From positions 62,001 to 126,000 of the forward strand of contig CDMY01000221.1 in NCBI GenBank assembly GCA_001179505.1: a stretch of DNA of 64,000 bases, written 5' to 3'. This stretch comes from Vitrella brassicaformis CCMP3155 (taxonomy: Eukaryota > Protista > Chromerida). This document shows positions 36,927 through 49,200 of this stretch, in pieces; the stretch's first letter is position 1; the number at the start of each line of letters is the position of its first letter. The notes beneath the pieces are model-generated. The model made no database searches and was not told the DNA's origin. It worked only from the letters and a program-made list of their open reading frames with translations. A program made the translations under genes and the position numbers.

Positions 36927-38944
36927 ATGGCCCGCATCCATCCACACGCCCTCCTCCTCTCAACGCTGGCGCTCTTGCCGATATGGGCCGGCGGCGAGGG
37001 GGGTTTCATGGCTCAGGAGGACAAGAAGTCCCGGAAGCTGGTCGGCAAGTGGGGTGATTTCGAAGAGGGTGACCTGACGGGCGACGACATCCCCCGCTTC
37101 AACCCCGACGTGTTCCCCTTCCCCACCAAGGCCCCGCTGCCTGACAAGCTGACCAAGGATGATATCGAGAAGAGCATCGACATGAAGATCCCCGACTCAT
37201 GGAAGAAAGACGAGGACGGCTACGTCGCGATCAAGGACCCCGAGTACTGGGAGCAGTACAAGGTCACCAAGCCGCCCATCCCAACCATACCTGAGGACAA
37301 GCCCGAGCCGCCCGACCTCAGCAAGCCGACCCAGGGGCCCAAGAAGGAGAAGACAGTCAAGGTGCCCCAGTTCTTGTACGAGATGGGGCTCTTCACCCCC
37401 TATGAGGAATTGGGACCAGAGGACAAGGATAAGATTGAGGTCGTCCCGGATCCTGAGATCGACAAAGAAGAACTCCAAGAAAAGTTCGACCTCGCTAAGG
37501 AAATTGCCAGGGCCGTCGCCGCAAATGCACGTACGACCAGATGCACGCAGGCACAGCAAGAGAGACACACCAAGAGACGAGAAGAATCTCGGAATCGTGA
37601 TTTCTTTCGCATGCAGGGGGTGAAGATGCTGAGGTGCCAGAGTTCGTTGAGGACCAGGAGGGGCCGCTGCCCAACACGGATGAACTCTTGGACTCAATCC
37701 CGACCAAAAGCCTCACCGAATTAGGGCAAGAAATTGGCCTTCCCCTTCGGGAAAAGTACAAGTCGTCCAAAATTGGGCAAACCCAAAGGAAAATCGGCGA
37801 CATTGTCAACTACGCTGAGGTATGATTTGTCAGAGAGACATGACAACAGTTATGGCTCCACTGGTCCTGTGCGCCCACCCCACCCCACGCACAGGAGCTG
37901 CTGACCTATTGGCTAACTCCCGAGATGATTGATTTCCTGGAGTGTGACGCGCTGGTGAGCAGCGTGGAGAACTTCCTCCTGGACAACATTTCGCCCTTCA
38001 TCTCCATCGAAGAGGACGACCCCGTATGGCAGTATGTGCGGGGCCTGACGGAGGCGATTCTGTGGTCCAAGCTGGACATCATCGATCCACCCGAGAGCGA
38101 GCAGGAGAAGTACCAGGAGTATCGAGACGCATACTCCGACGCAATCGTCTGCGAATTGATCAACAACAACTCGCCCAACTGCCCTGTGGAGTTCCCACCT
38201 AAAGACGAGGATGATGATGACGACGATGATGACGAGGACCGGCGTAGGCTCACAGCTCGGGCAGCTCATTCCTGTCAGCCGCCAGGGGTCACCCCGAAGG
38301 GCTTTCCAGGTCTTGCAGGCGGACACACGTACATGGCCGCGTGTCTCACCGGCTCTTCTTTTTTGCAGAGTGTGTGTACGTGAGCGGCTTTGCGGCTTCC
38401 TGCAGCCCCCACAACCTCCTGGGGGGGCGTGGCTGTGCTGCGGGCAGGAACATTATGGCGCAGGAGCTTGACGGCCTGTATCGATATGACACGACGGACG
38501 TCTCCGGCTGGCCCGTCTATTCAAAGACTGTCCACAACATCCCAGGGGCCGACAAGGTGTTCCTCAACAAGCCCCACGGCACGAGCGGCGCCTACGCAGC
38601 TTTTGCCTGCCTCCAAGCGGATTCAGAGGTGAGCGAGACACGACAAGAGACGCATTGCACCAGCTGGTCTGTCTCATTTCCATGCACTCACTTGTGTCAT
38701 GTCTTGCCTGCAGGCGCCGCGGCGCAAGTTGGAAAAGAGCCCCTTTGCCTTTACCTATCAGTCTGGGGCATGCAGCAGCCTGGACCCGAGGACCTTCCCT
38801 GCATGCCTCTCATCGGCAGGGCCATGGGCGCTGGCCAGGCTGGGGACCAAGGGGTGCAATGGAGCCGTATCTGAACGGTCGTCTGTCTGCTGGTTCCCCG
38901 CCAGAGTCAAGATATTTCCTTGCGCATGTGGCTCATTCGCTTAG
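36927..38944 (+). CDS. Secreted orphan protein: Pro/Lys/acidic N-region, helical core, Cys-rich C-domain (paralog of 40226-43175)
   Basis: Signal peptide MARIHPHALLLSTLALLPIWAGG; five phase-consistent exons ending KIFPCACGSFA*; clear similarity to the convergent gene at 40226-43175. Confidence 0.8.
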
Positions 38945-40225
38945 AGAGACAGACTGTGGGCAATGCGTCTGTTGGCGTTGGGTGTTTGGCACCGTCCTGG
39001 GTTTGGTCAGTTGGTCGGTCGGTCGGTCGGTCGCTGCATGTCGTGTTTACGTCTGCTTATGGATTTATTTCGGCGTGCGTGTGGATGGTGTGATGTGGTC
39101 GGATTTTGGTGCTACGCCTGCTGCCCATGAAATGAACGAGTGAATGAGAGGCAAGGGAGCATTACATCCATCCATCCCTCCACCCAGCCACGATGCGGTG
39201 CAGTGTCCACTCAAGGCACAGAGTCTGGCAGACAGACACCACACCCAGCAGCCAGCTACTTACCGTCTACCTACCTACCTAGTCTCGTCAGCACCCTCCC
39301 TCCCGTCTTGTCTTGTCTGAGGTTACGTGTGTGTGTAGAGCATGCAATGGCAGGCACGTCACCCGGTAGGTCAGTCAGTAAGCTCATGCCATGCAGCAGG
39401 TGGGGACTGGCGACTCATCCCATCTATCTGTGTCCGTCCGTCTGTCCGTCCGTCTGTCGATCTGCCATCCACCGTCCGACAACCACCACCACAATCCACA
39501 ATACGATAACACCACCCACGAGAGCACTAGACGTACGCACACAGGCGGACTGACTGACTGACAGACTGACTGACAGACGGATGGGATGGTTAAGTCCAAA
39601 CGAACCTGCCGACGACTGACTGCACGCAACGACAAGGGGGAGAGGGAGAGGGGGAGAGAGAGAGAGAGGGAGAGGCATATGCTACGAGAAGGGAGGGGAG
39701 GGGAGAGGGGAGGGAGGAGGGATTGACGGCAAAATAGTCACCACGAGTACACACGTACAGACATACAAGGAGAGAGAGGGGGATGCGAACACGCATACAC
39801 ACACACAACACGCAGCAGCATAATAGATATCGGTAGGTCATTCAGTCGATGAGCGAGCGAGACAGTCAGTCAGTGAGTGATCCAATCCAAAAAGGAACGG
39901 AAGAAAGAACGAGGCACGCTGCCCCCCCGAGCCCTATCTGCCTAGCCAACCGGCCTGCCTACCTGCCTGCCTGCCTGCCCAGCCGCTCCCTCATGCGTGC
40001 GCGCCAGCAGCGCTCTATCTACCGACCAACTTTGGATCTGACGGCATGCATCCACATGAGCGAGCGGCAAGCTGGCGACAAGTCGATAATCATAATCATA
40101 ATGATAAGTTGTGTGTACTGCCGGCCAGCCAACCGCACCACAGCCCACCCCAGACATACGCACACTGATTCAATATGTATGCACATCTACTACACAGGCC
40201 ACGCCGCCCCAGCCCGCCCGCTGAT

Positions 40226-43175
40226 CTAGTCAATTGGGAACCCTGGTGCAAGAGGGCCATCGTTGTTAGAACACGGGACGGGTGTGATGGTGATTTGGTC
40301 GACTTGTGGCGATGGTAGGCCGAAGAAGCATGAGGCACCTCCCTGGACGAGGTTGCCGGTGCATGTGCCTGATCCCGCCCTGGCGAGGACCCATGTGCCG
40401 CCGGTGAGGCACTGGGGGAAGCCTTCGCCTGCCTGGGGGTCGTTGAGGTCGCACCCGATGGGGGCGATGCTCTCGCCCTCACCCGCTGTCGTCGTCGCGA
40501 ATGGAGGGCGCTGACCGATACCTATGTTCTGCATGCACGCACACACACACACACACAGGCAGAGAGAGAGAGAAAGACATACATACCGATGACATGCAGC
40601 CCATCCATCCGTCCATCGGATGAGTGTGGTGCGTGTTTGGTGTGTTTATTGATGTTTACCGAGAAGTCATCTACGTTGGCTGTGATGGATCCGAAAGTGC
40701 CGACCTCGGGCAGGACGCTGTTGGAGCCCACCTCGCCGGGAGTGCGCGAGAGCAACAACTGCGAGATGGACTGATCGAAGGGGAAGTTGACGATCACGTT
40801 AGTGGTCGCAAGACCCTTGGAATAGACGGGAAACCCGGCCTCGTCCAGGAATACAAATGTGTAGACGCCATCGAAATTCTGCGGCTCCAGCGACCGACCC
40901 GAAATGCACCCCAACCCGCCCCTGTCGTTGACCGGCTCGCACAACGGCTGGTATCCTGTCACCTCGATGCACTCTGCACACAGCACACACATTCATGCAG
41001 TCAGTGAGTAGAGTGAGTGGGTCGGCGTGTCCATGTGTGTTGACGGACGGACGGACAGGCGGGCGGAGAGAGAAATGACACTCACGTGGGAATCCGAACG
41101 AGTTGAGATCCCCGCCGGGCGCGGGCGTCGTCACGACTGTCTCAGGGGGCACGGGGAATGCCGAGTCCACAGGGCACTTGTCAGAGTTGGCGTTGCCAAT
41201 GATCGCACACCTACACCACACACACACACACATGCATGGAGGCGAACAGGCCGAGCGGACCATTTCCTCAACCATGTGTGGGTCTGTCTATGTGGGTCTG
41301 CCTGTGTGGGTGAATGGGTGGCTTACGCGATGGCATCGACGATTCGGTTCTGCACCTCATCGTCGACAATGCGCTGTGCTTCGGGCCGGTCGACGAGCTC
41401 CGACGTTTGCCACACCTGCAGAGAAGGAACAAAGTCCAATACACAACGGACAGATGAACAAACAGGTGGCGTGTGTTTCTTTGTTTCGACGAACGTTCTC
41501 TGTGATAGACTTGGCGAACGTCCTGGCAGGCAGCCGCACAGACCACACAGCGTCCAACGATCCACGTGTGAATGGATTGTGCCAAGCTGCTGACTAATGC
41601 GCACGTACCAGATGGGGTCAGTTTCGTTGACTTGGTAGAGGGGCGATAGGGCGACCGTCGCCTGCTCAACCGCACTCACAATCGGCTCCAGCTCCAACCT
41701 ATCAATGTTCTCCTTCGTGAGATACGCAGTGGCGAACTCCTATAGACAGACAGACAGACAGCCACACACACACACACACACATAATACACATTCATTCCA
41801 CAGCTGTGTCATTCGGTGTGTGTGTCTCGTCTGACTGGCTGACCTCGATGGAGTTGACGATGTCGCCGATGGCATTCTGCACTTGCCCCACGGTACTGTT
41901 GACGTATCTCTGTGTAATGGGCACACCGATGGCTCGCAGCGCGTCACCCAGTGTGGTGGAGGGCACCGCATCCACGAGCTCATCGAGCCGAGGGAAGACG
42001 CCGTCCTGGCCGGGCACGATCGTCGGCACCACGAGGTTGGGCACCTTCTCTTGTGTGGGTGCCTCGGTGATGGGCTTCTTGACCAGCTTGGCCACCGTGT
42101 CCTTGACGGGGTCGCCGAACGGCAGGAAGCCCTCGGCATGTGCAGCCTCCTCGGGTCCTCTGTGCGGGGCACGGCGGTACCGCCGCTGCAGCTCTCGCCT
42201 CGTCTCCTCCTCCTCCTTGACGGCATCCTGGTAGGGCTTCAGAAGCTTGAGCAGACCCGGCTCGTCGACGGAGGGGCGCTGGATGGCCGGCTTGGTGAGC
42301 GGCTTGGTGAGCTTGTCGCCCTCGGCGGCCGCCTTGCGCTTGGGGAAGGAGAGCTTGACCTGCTTGCCGTCGGCACTGACGGCCACGCGGGGGTTCTCAA
42401 TCTCCATCTGCTCGGCCAGCTTGTCAAACATGGCGTCGAGCGCCTTCGTGGCGTTCTCATCCTCCTCATCTGCACCGTCGTCCTCGTTGTCGTCGGTCTT
42501 GTCGAGGCCGAGGTCATCAACAATGTCGGTCTTGTCGACGATGTCCTGGACGATATCTTCGTAAATATCAATGTCGGCCAGCCCCGTGTCCTCCTTGCCC
42601 TTGAAGATAGTGTCGTTGATGTCGACGAACGTGTTGATGACGACATCGAAGGTGTCATCGACGGCGTTGTTGGTGAGGTTGCTGAGGAACCCGCTGATAG
42701 TGATGAAGCCGTCTTCGAGCAGGATGGCGCTGTCGAGCACCTTGGGGAAGACATTGAAGGGGTCACCGAAGAGGAGGTTCGGGAAAAGGGCCTGGAAGGT
42801 GAGGTCGATCGTCTCGGACGCCAGGTCGCCCAGCGTGACGGCCGTGGGGACGAAGCTGATGCGCGGCCCTTGTATCTCGAACTTGGGCAGTGACTCGCCC
42901 GCCGAGCCGATGTGTTGGTTGACAGCCCTCAGCTGATTGAAGATGGCATTGGTGAACCGCTCGACGGTCTTGTTAAAGAAGCGGTCGTTGGGGAAATCCT
43001 CCTTGATGGGCTCGAGAGCCGCATTGACAGCGTTGTCAACCACCGCATACGCCTTGGCGACGGGGCAGCTGCCGCCGCAGATCTTGCGAGCAATCTGACC
43101 ATTGGCCGCCGAGCCGAGGAGGAGCAGGCCGAACAGAGGCAGCAGTAGTACTCGGCTACCCAGCAGCCCCTTCAT
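40226..43175 (-). CDS. Secreted orphan protein with helical core and Cys-rich C-domain (paralog of 36927-38944)
   Basis: Signal peptide MKGLLGSRVLLLPLFGLLLLGSAANG; long first exon (about 41826-43175); later exons EFATAYLTKENID, ECIEVTGYQPLC and NIGIGQRPPF...PGFPID*. Confidence 0.85.
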
Positions 43176-43521
43176 CCCGCTACTCTCGCTCACTCGCCTT
43201 CTACGTGCCTCTTCCACAAGTACAAAACACAACAACCACTGTACAGTGCGTACGGCGAATTTACAGAGTCAAGGATTTCTAAGCTCGCGCTCGTGAGACC
43301 CCTCGCAAACCACACTGTGACCCTGCACAGGTGGGGAATTTTGCTGAGCGCACAGGCGGAAGGTACGCAGACGAGATAGAAAGCGCGGCCGTGGTGTATG
43401 TATTCTGTGTGTGTCCATCTCGCTTGTCTCAGCGGTTGGCAGGAGAGCCTGTCAGCCACCGCAGCGGTCAAGGCACCGCTTCGCTTTCGTGTGAGTGCGC
43501 GTGCGTCCTTTACAGAGCACA

Positions 43522-44801
43522 ATGGGTGGTTCATCACGTCCTCAATGGCGAGCGCTGCTCCTGCTGGTCCCCTTGGTGGGGCTGGGGATGTTCACCGGGT
43601 CCGCAGAAGGGTTTGATCTCTTCCCGGGCATCGGTGACATCACCGACCTCATCTTCAGCCCACCCCTTATTGTAGGCGACCGGCCCACACGCGTCAAACG
43701 AGTCACGCCTATCTATCTTCGTCATTTGCTGTGTGTGGGCGGGCTGATCTGGCTGATCTGGCTGACTGGGTGGCTGGGCTGCAGGGTTCGTCGGTGAACA
43801 ATCCGGACATCGGCAACTTGAACTACGACCTGTTCTACGTTGAGCTGGAGCAGGAGAACCTCCCCGGTGCGTGCCTGTTCAATGCCCTGGGCGCCGTCCG
43901 CAACCCCAACCCCAGTGTGGATACCGTGGAGGAGTGCCTCGAGGACTGCGCAGCGAAAGAATCCAACAGCCGGTGCCTCGGCGTACAGTTCTCCGGCAGC
44001 GACGATCCTGGTGGTACGTACCTGGGGTGGGTGGGGACTGCCGCCCACCACACACACCATTTGTGTGTCTGTTTGTGTGTGTCCATTGTCTGTCTGTCTG
44101 TCTGTCTGCGTGTGTCCCCGTCGGCCGTTTGCTTGGTGTTTGTGTTGTGTGCCAATTGGCACTCCACTCACTCAGAGTTTGAGAATGTGTGTCTGTTTTC
44201 GATTGGGTCTCTTACGGAGAGTGACGTGACAGCGATAGCCTGCTTCAAGAGGAACATAACAGACGACGACCCCGCCCTCGCCACCGAGGACGACGAGTTC
44301 ATCGAGGTGGGCTTGGGCGAGTGCAGAGATGATGACGGCAACATCCTCATTGAAGCCATTGGTACGATTCAGCCAATGCACACACACACACATAGACAGA
44401 CGGACGGACAGGGGCATCTGTTCTTCTGTCTCCCTCCCTCTCAGACCCGACTGACGACCTGAAAGTGGGCAGCAAGGACGAGTGTGATGAGGCATGTCTC
44501 ACTGGAGACCCCCGGATTTTCCCAGCGGGCTTCGACTTCGAGGGCCAGACGTGCCTGGGCTACGAGTTCGCATCCATCGGGTCCATCTTCGGCGCCTGTG
44601 AGTTCATCTTCAGCGCAACACCAAACACATCCGCCCCCACAAGTTGCTTCTCAAAGAGTAAGTAATCCACACGCTCGTGCACACACATACAGAGCGAGCG
44701 CGAGCGAGAGGGAGAGACGTGTTCGCCTCTCTCTCCTTCCTTCAGACTTGGTGATCCAGGCGATAGACACGACCAACAAGATCCAGTTCCTGACGCGATA
44801 G
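43522..44801 (+). CDS. Secreted protein with two six-Cys PAN/apple-like domains
   Basis: Signal peptide (WRALLLLVPLVGLGMFTGSAEG). Domain 1: PGAC...TVEECLEDCAAK...RCLGVQF...VCLF...IACFKR. Domain 2: GLGECR...SKDECDEAC...TCLGYEF...ACEF...SCFSK. Final exon NLVIQAIDTTNKIQFLTR*. Confidence 0.75.
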
Positions 44802-45876
44802 GCCAACATCAGCCACGTCAGCACACCCTGCGCCACACAGACGTGCACGTGTGTACTTATTGTGGATGGACGAGTGGGCACCCGTCTGACTGTCCTGGGC
44901 TTGTGGCCCAGCCGGACCTTTTCGGCTGGTTCATGCTACGTTCGTGCTACGTGTTGAGGTGTGTGGGCGTGGTGGCGTAGCGTAGTAGCGTGTTGGCGTA
45001 GTGTAAGCAGGACCGTTCGTGAGGTCGGGGGCGACGCACCACAAAGCGGGTGTTGGGTCCGCTCACGGCAAACGACCTCCTGCAAGATGTCGGCCGTGCC
45101 GTGGGTGGCGCATGGCGTGCATGTGCTGTTGACGCATTGGTGGGGCCGTCGGTGCATGCGAGCTGCCTGCCTGCCTGCCTGCACGTGGACGAGTGATTTC
45201 ACATATGACGTGCGTCAAACTGACTGTTCTGGTCTGTTGGTGGGAAAGGGCCAGGTGGATAGAGTGCGGCGCCTTGATCATCCTCCCTCAGCAAGTCATC
45301 CACAGTCTCGTCCGCATCGATATCATATACACACACAGCCTGGGCGCACCGTCGCTGAGCAGCAAAAGGGCGATACGCCACCAACCAATCAATCGATCAA
45401 TCAATCTAGCACCCCCGACCCAACCACCAATAAGAAGCACCTCGTCCATCCATCGGGCAAGTACGAGCGCCGCTACACTCTCTCTCATTCCTCGTCTGTC
45501 TATTTAGACGTCCAGGTATGTATGTCGGCGCCCATCTCTGTGTTGTGTGTGTGCCGAACCCCCTCCAGCAAAATGGACACACATATATTCACCCACGAAA
45601 AAAACCGTTTGCAAGTGTACACTGGCCCCACACAAAACACCCTCCCCCCCCCGGGCACCAACAAAGGGTAAGAAAGCCAAGAGGACCTGCTTGGCCTCTC
45701 TGCCTGGGTGTATGGATGGTATGCAGCTGACAGCCTGACATGACGGCTGTGCCTCCCTTTCCCCTGCCTGCATGCTTTATCTATCGACCACAGAATGAAT
45801 CTCAAGTCACCCCGCACCCACGGTGGATGGGTGTGTGTCCGTACGTCCGTGCGTGAGCGGTCGGCAAGTAAGTAGG

Positions 45877-46232
45877 TCACGAGTAGAACCAGGTGAGTCC
45901 TGCCGATGCCTGCCTCTGGATGAGGTAGTCGCGGCTCTCGCAGTCCACGTCCATGCGATCCAATATCCACCTCAACACCTGATAAATCCGTAAGTAAACC
46001 AGCCGTTCGTTCTTTTGACGCTTCGGGGTAACACACCTCCACCCAGTGCGTGCCGGCTCAGCTCAGCTGATCAGCTTGCCTGTTTTTTGTCTTGTCCGAA
46101 GTCATTGGCGTAGTGTTTGAAGAAGAGAGGGACGTGTGCCGAGTGGAGCGTGAAGCGCACCCGCTCGTTGAGGTACTGCCGGGTCAACACATTCAGCTGC
46201 TCGTCCACACGAGAACTGACACACCGACCACA

Positions 46233-46270
<38 letters not shown>

Positions 46271-49200
46271 TGAGCGGGCCGTGTCGGATGGGCGTGTGTG
46301 TGTGTGGNNNNNNNNNNNNNNNNNNNNNNNNNNNNNNNNNNNNNNNNNNNNNNNNNNNNNNNNNNNNNNNNNNNNNNNNNNNNNNNNNNNNNNNNNNNNN
46401 NNNNNNNNNNNNNNNNNNNNNNNNNNNNNNNNNNNNNNNNNNNNNNNNNNNNNNNNNNNNNNNNNNNNNNNNNNNNNNNNNNNNNNNNNNNNNNNNNNNN
46501 NNNNNNNNNNNNNNNNNNNNNNNNNNNNNNNNNNNNNNNNNNNNNNNNNNNNNNNNNNNNNNNNNNNNNNNNNNNNNNNNNNNNNNNNNNNNNNNNNNNN
46601 NNNNNNNCCCCCCCCCCCCCCCTTTTCCCACGTACCCTTCACTTGTGAACCATCCAGCGGGGTCGAGCCACGACCTGGCGCTGTCGTCCCTCATACTGCC
46701 GTCGCCGCACTCTATCATCTCGTGCCTGACGTCACGCAGCCACATACATAAATCAGAAATCCATCAGGAAGGAACAACTACGTCGTCTGTCTGTTGCTCG
46801 ATGTCGTTGTCTGCCTACTTTTGCAGGAGGAGGGCGATGTTCAGGAAGAAGGCCTTGCGCTCCGTGCGGTTGAGCTTGGACGCGTCGATGCCCTGCACCG
46901 CACGCAAATTGCTCACAAACCTGCACACCCACACCCACCCACCCACCCACCCACACAGACACAGAGACACAAAACATGCGGCCATTCATTCAATGGCTGG
47001 TGTCTTTCCCCTTTCTTTCCTCACTGACTGTCTGTATTCCTCGGATATTCTGACGGCGGCGATGTCAACGCCCGGCAGGCCGGTGGGGGGCCGGGATCCG
47101 TCGTCGGACAAGAGGGATGAGAGGCGAGTAGTCCTGCTGCCGCTGCCGCTGCTGGTGGTGGTGTCGTCTCGCGGCCGGTGGTCGTCGTGGAAGGCGGGGC
47201 TCTCCAGCACACAACGCAGCTGATCCACCAGCTGACAGGATATCTGAGTGAAGAGACAGACAGACAGCACGGGCCCGATTGGGTGCGGTTGGTTAAAGTG
47301 TGTGATCCGTCGTGCATGTGTGTGTGCGTGTGTCACTGTCTGTTATTTCTTGCCATGAGTGGGTCGGCGATGGTGCCTTTGAACTCTCCCAGCGTCATGT
47401 TGAGCGGCAGACCCGGCGTGTCCTGCGTGCAACACACAGACACACAGACACACAGACGGGGGCTGTGCTGTGCTGTGCTGTGCTTTGTCGCCAGACAGCC
47501 AGCCATCCATCCATGGGTACTGACGTAGTAGAATCGGAGTTTCTTGCTGGGGTCGTCCTCGAACCCCGCGCCGCTGGACCCCACCACCACCAAAAGACCC
47601 ACGTCCACCATGTCCTGACACACACACACACACACACACAGACATACACGAGTGGATCCGCCTGGCTGCCTGCATGCCTGGCTGGCTGGCTGACCTACCT
47701 GAGCAATGCCGCCCGCCCTCTCTCTGACGACGTCGAAGTGTTCGCACAGAAAGTCCACCAGATTGGGGGCCGAGAAGACACGCTGGCTCACACCAAACAC
47801 ACCGGATCGCTGCACCTCGGTCGGCAATACGCTGATCGATCGATCACACAAACAGACACACAGACTGTTGTATGTATCTCTTCTCCATCTGCGTGTGTGT
47901 GGCGTGGCGGACCCCCGAGCGACGAAGGCGATGCTTGAGAGGGTATCATAGTTGTCCAGCAGAGAGCTCGGCAGCTGACACATTCCACCCACACAAACAC
48001 ACATCACACAAGACACAAACACAACTCCCACACAGTGCGCCGTCCGCCCTCCCCTCTCCTCCCCTCCCTCTCTACCTCCCCATTCGCAAATGGCGCCGTA
48101 GCCGACAAGGCCAGGGCGCTGCGTGCTCCACTGCCCGTCCTGCTCCTGCTGCCGGTATCAGACGCCTTGCTGCGTGCCAGGTCAGGTGAGCCAGCCGACA
48201 GCGGCGGGCTGGCGATCGACTCGGCCCCACCGCTGCCCGACCGGTGTGAGGCCATCAGCCGCTCGGACGACGCCAGGGGTAGGGCGAGGTTGCTGGTGAG
48301 AGCGGCGGGGCCTGCCCTGTTGGAGCGGGAAGAGGCCGCCAAGCCGCGGGACATGGACAGGTTGCTGTCGTCCTCGCTGTCCTTCCGCTGGTGCTGGGGG
48401 TGGGTCGGCCGCTGCTGGGACTGGGAAGGGGACAGGGGGTGGCTCGACAAGTCGGTGGTGTCGGTGGGCCCCACTGTGGCCCGTTGCTGCTGCTGCTGCT
48501 GATTCTTGTGGCGCGCCCGGAGTCCTTCGCTGAGAGAGAAGGGGTGGTGGTCATCGCTGCGCTGGGAGGCCAGGGGGGCTGCTGCTGCTGCTGCTGTTGC
48601 TCCTGATACGCTGTTTCTCGGCTTGTTGGTGTGTGGTGCGTTGTTTGATGTGAGATGTGTGTCGGGTGAGGGTGGGAGGCCCACCACAGGCACACCCACC
48701 ACATCCGCAAAGCTCCTGCGGCTCTCGCTGTGGTACTGCTGAGACTGATCCAACACACACACACACGCACACCGAGACAGAGGCATGAGAATGGAGGGAG
48801 GGAGGGCTTTGTGGGGTGTGTGGGCCATGTGTGTGGGTGTGTTCTACGAAAGGTGTCCTCTCGTCGGGCTGTGCCGCCTCGTTCGGGGTGGTGTCCATCT
48901 CAAAAGGCCCCGCTACCTCGCCGCCCTTGCCGTTGTCGACGACCATCAAGCCATTCGCTTGGTCACCGCTGCCCGACACCGACAAGGCACCCTCCCCCCT
49001 TGATGCTGCCGCTGGTGCTGCGGCTGGTGTCTTGTCTGGGAGTGATTTTTCCGACGCCGAGTTGGAGGGGTCGAAGAATGGCCGCACGGCGTCGGCGCAC
49101 TTCCACTCGTGGACGAAGTAGTTGATGCGCGCGTGGATAATTGGGTCTTGCGCCAGCCTAACGATCCACAGAGAGAGAGAGAGAGGGAGAGAGAGAGAGA

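Noticed and set aside
39000-40200. Short ORFs between the convergent paralogs
   Set aside because: Microsatellite-rich 3' intergenic sequence with no coherent exon chain.
41883-42893. Long antisense ORFs (e.g. 41883-42893 +, 11059-12081 -, 53096-53392 -)
   Set aside because: Shadow frames of GC-rich real exons; they have no motifs or splice support of their own.
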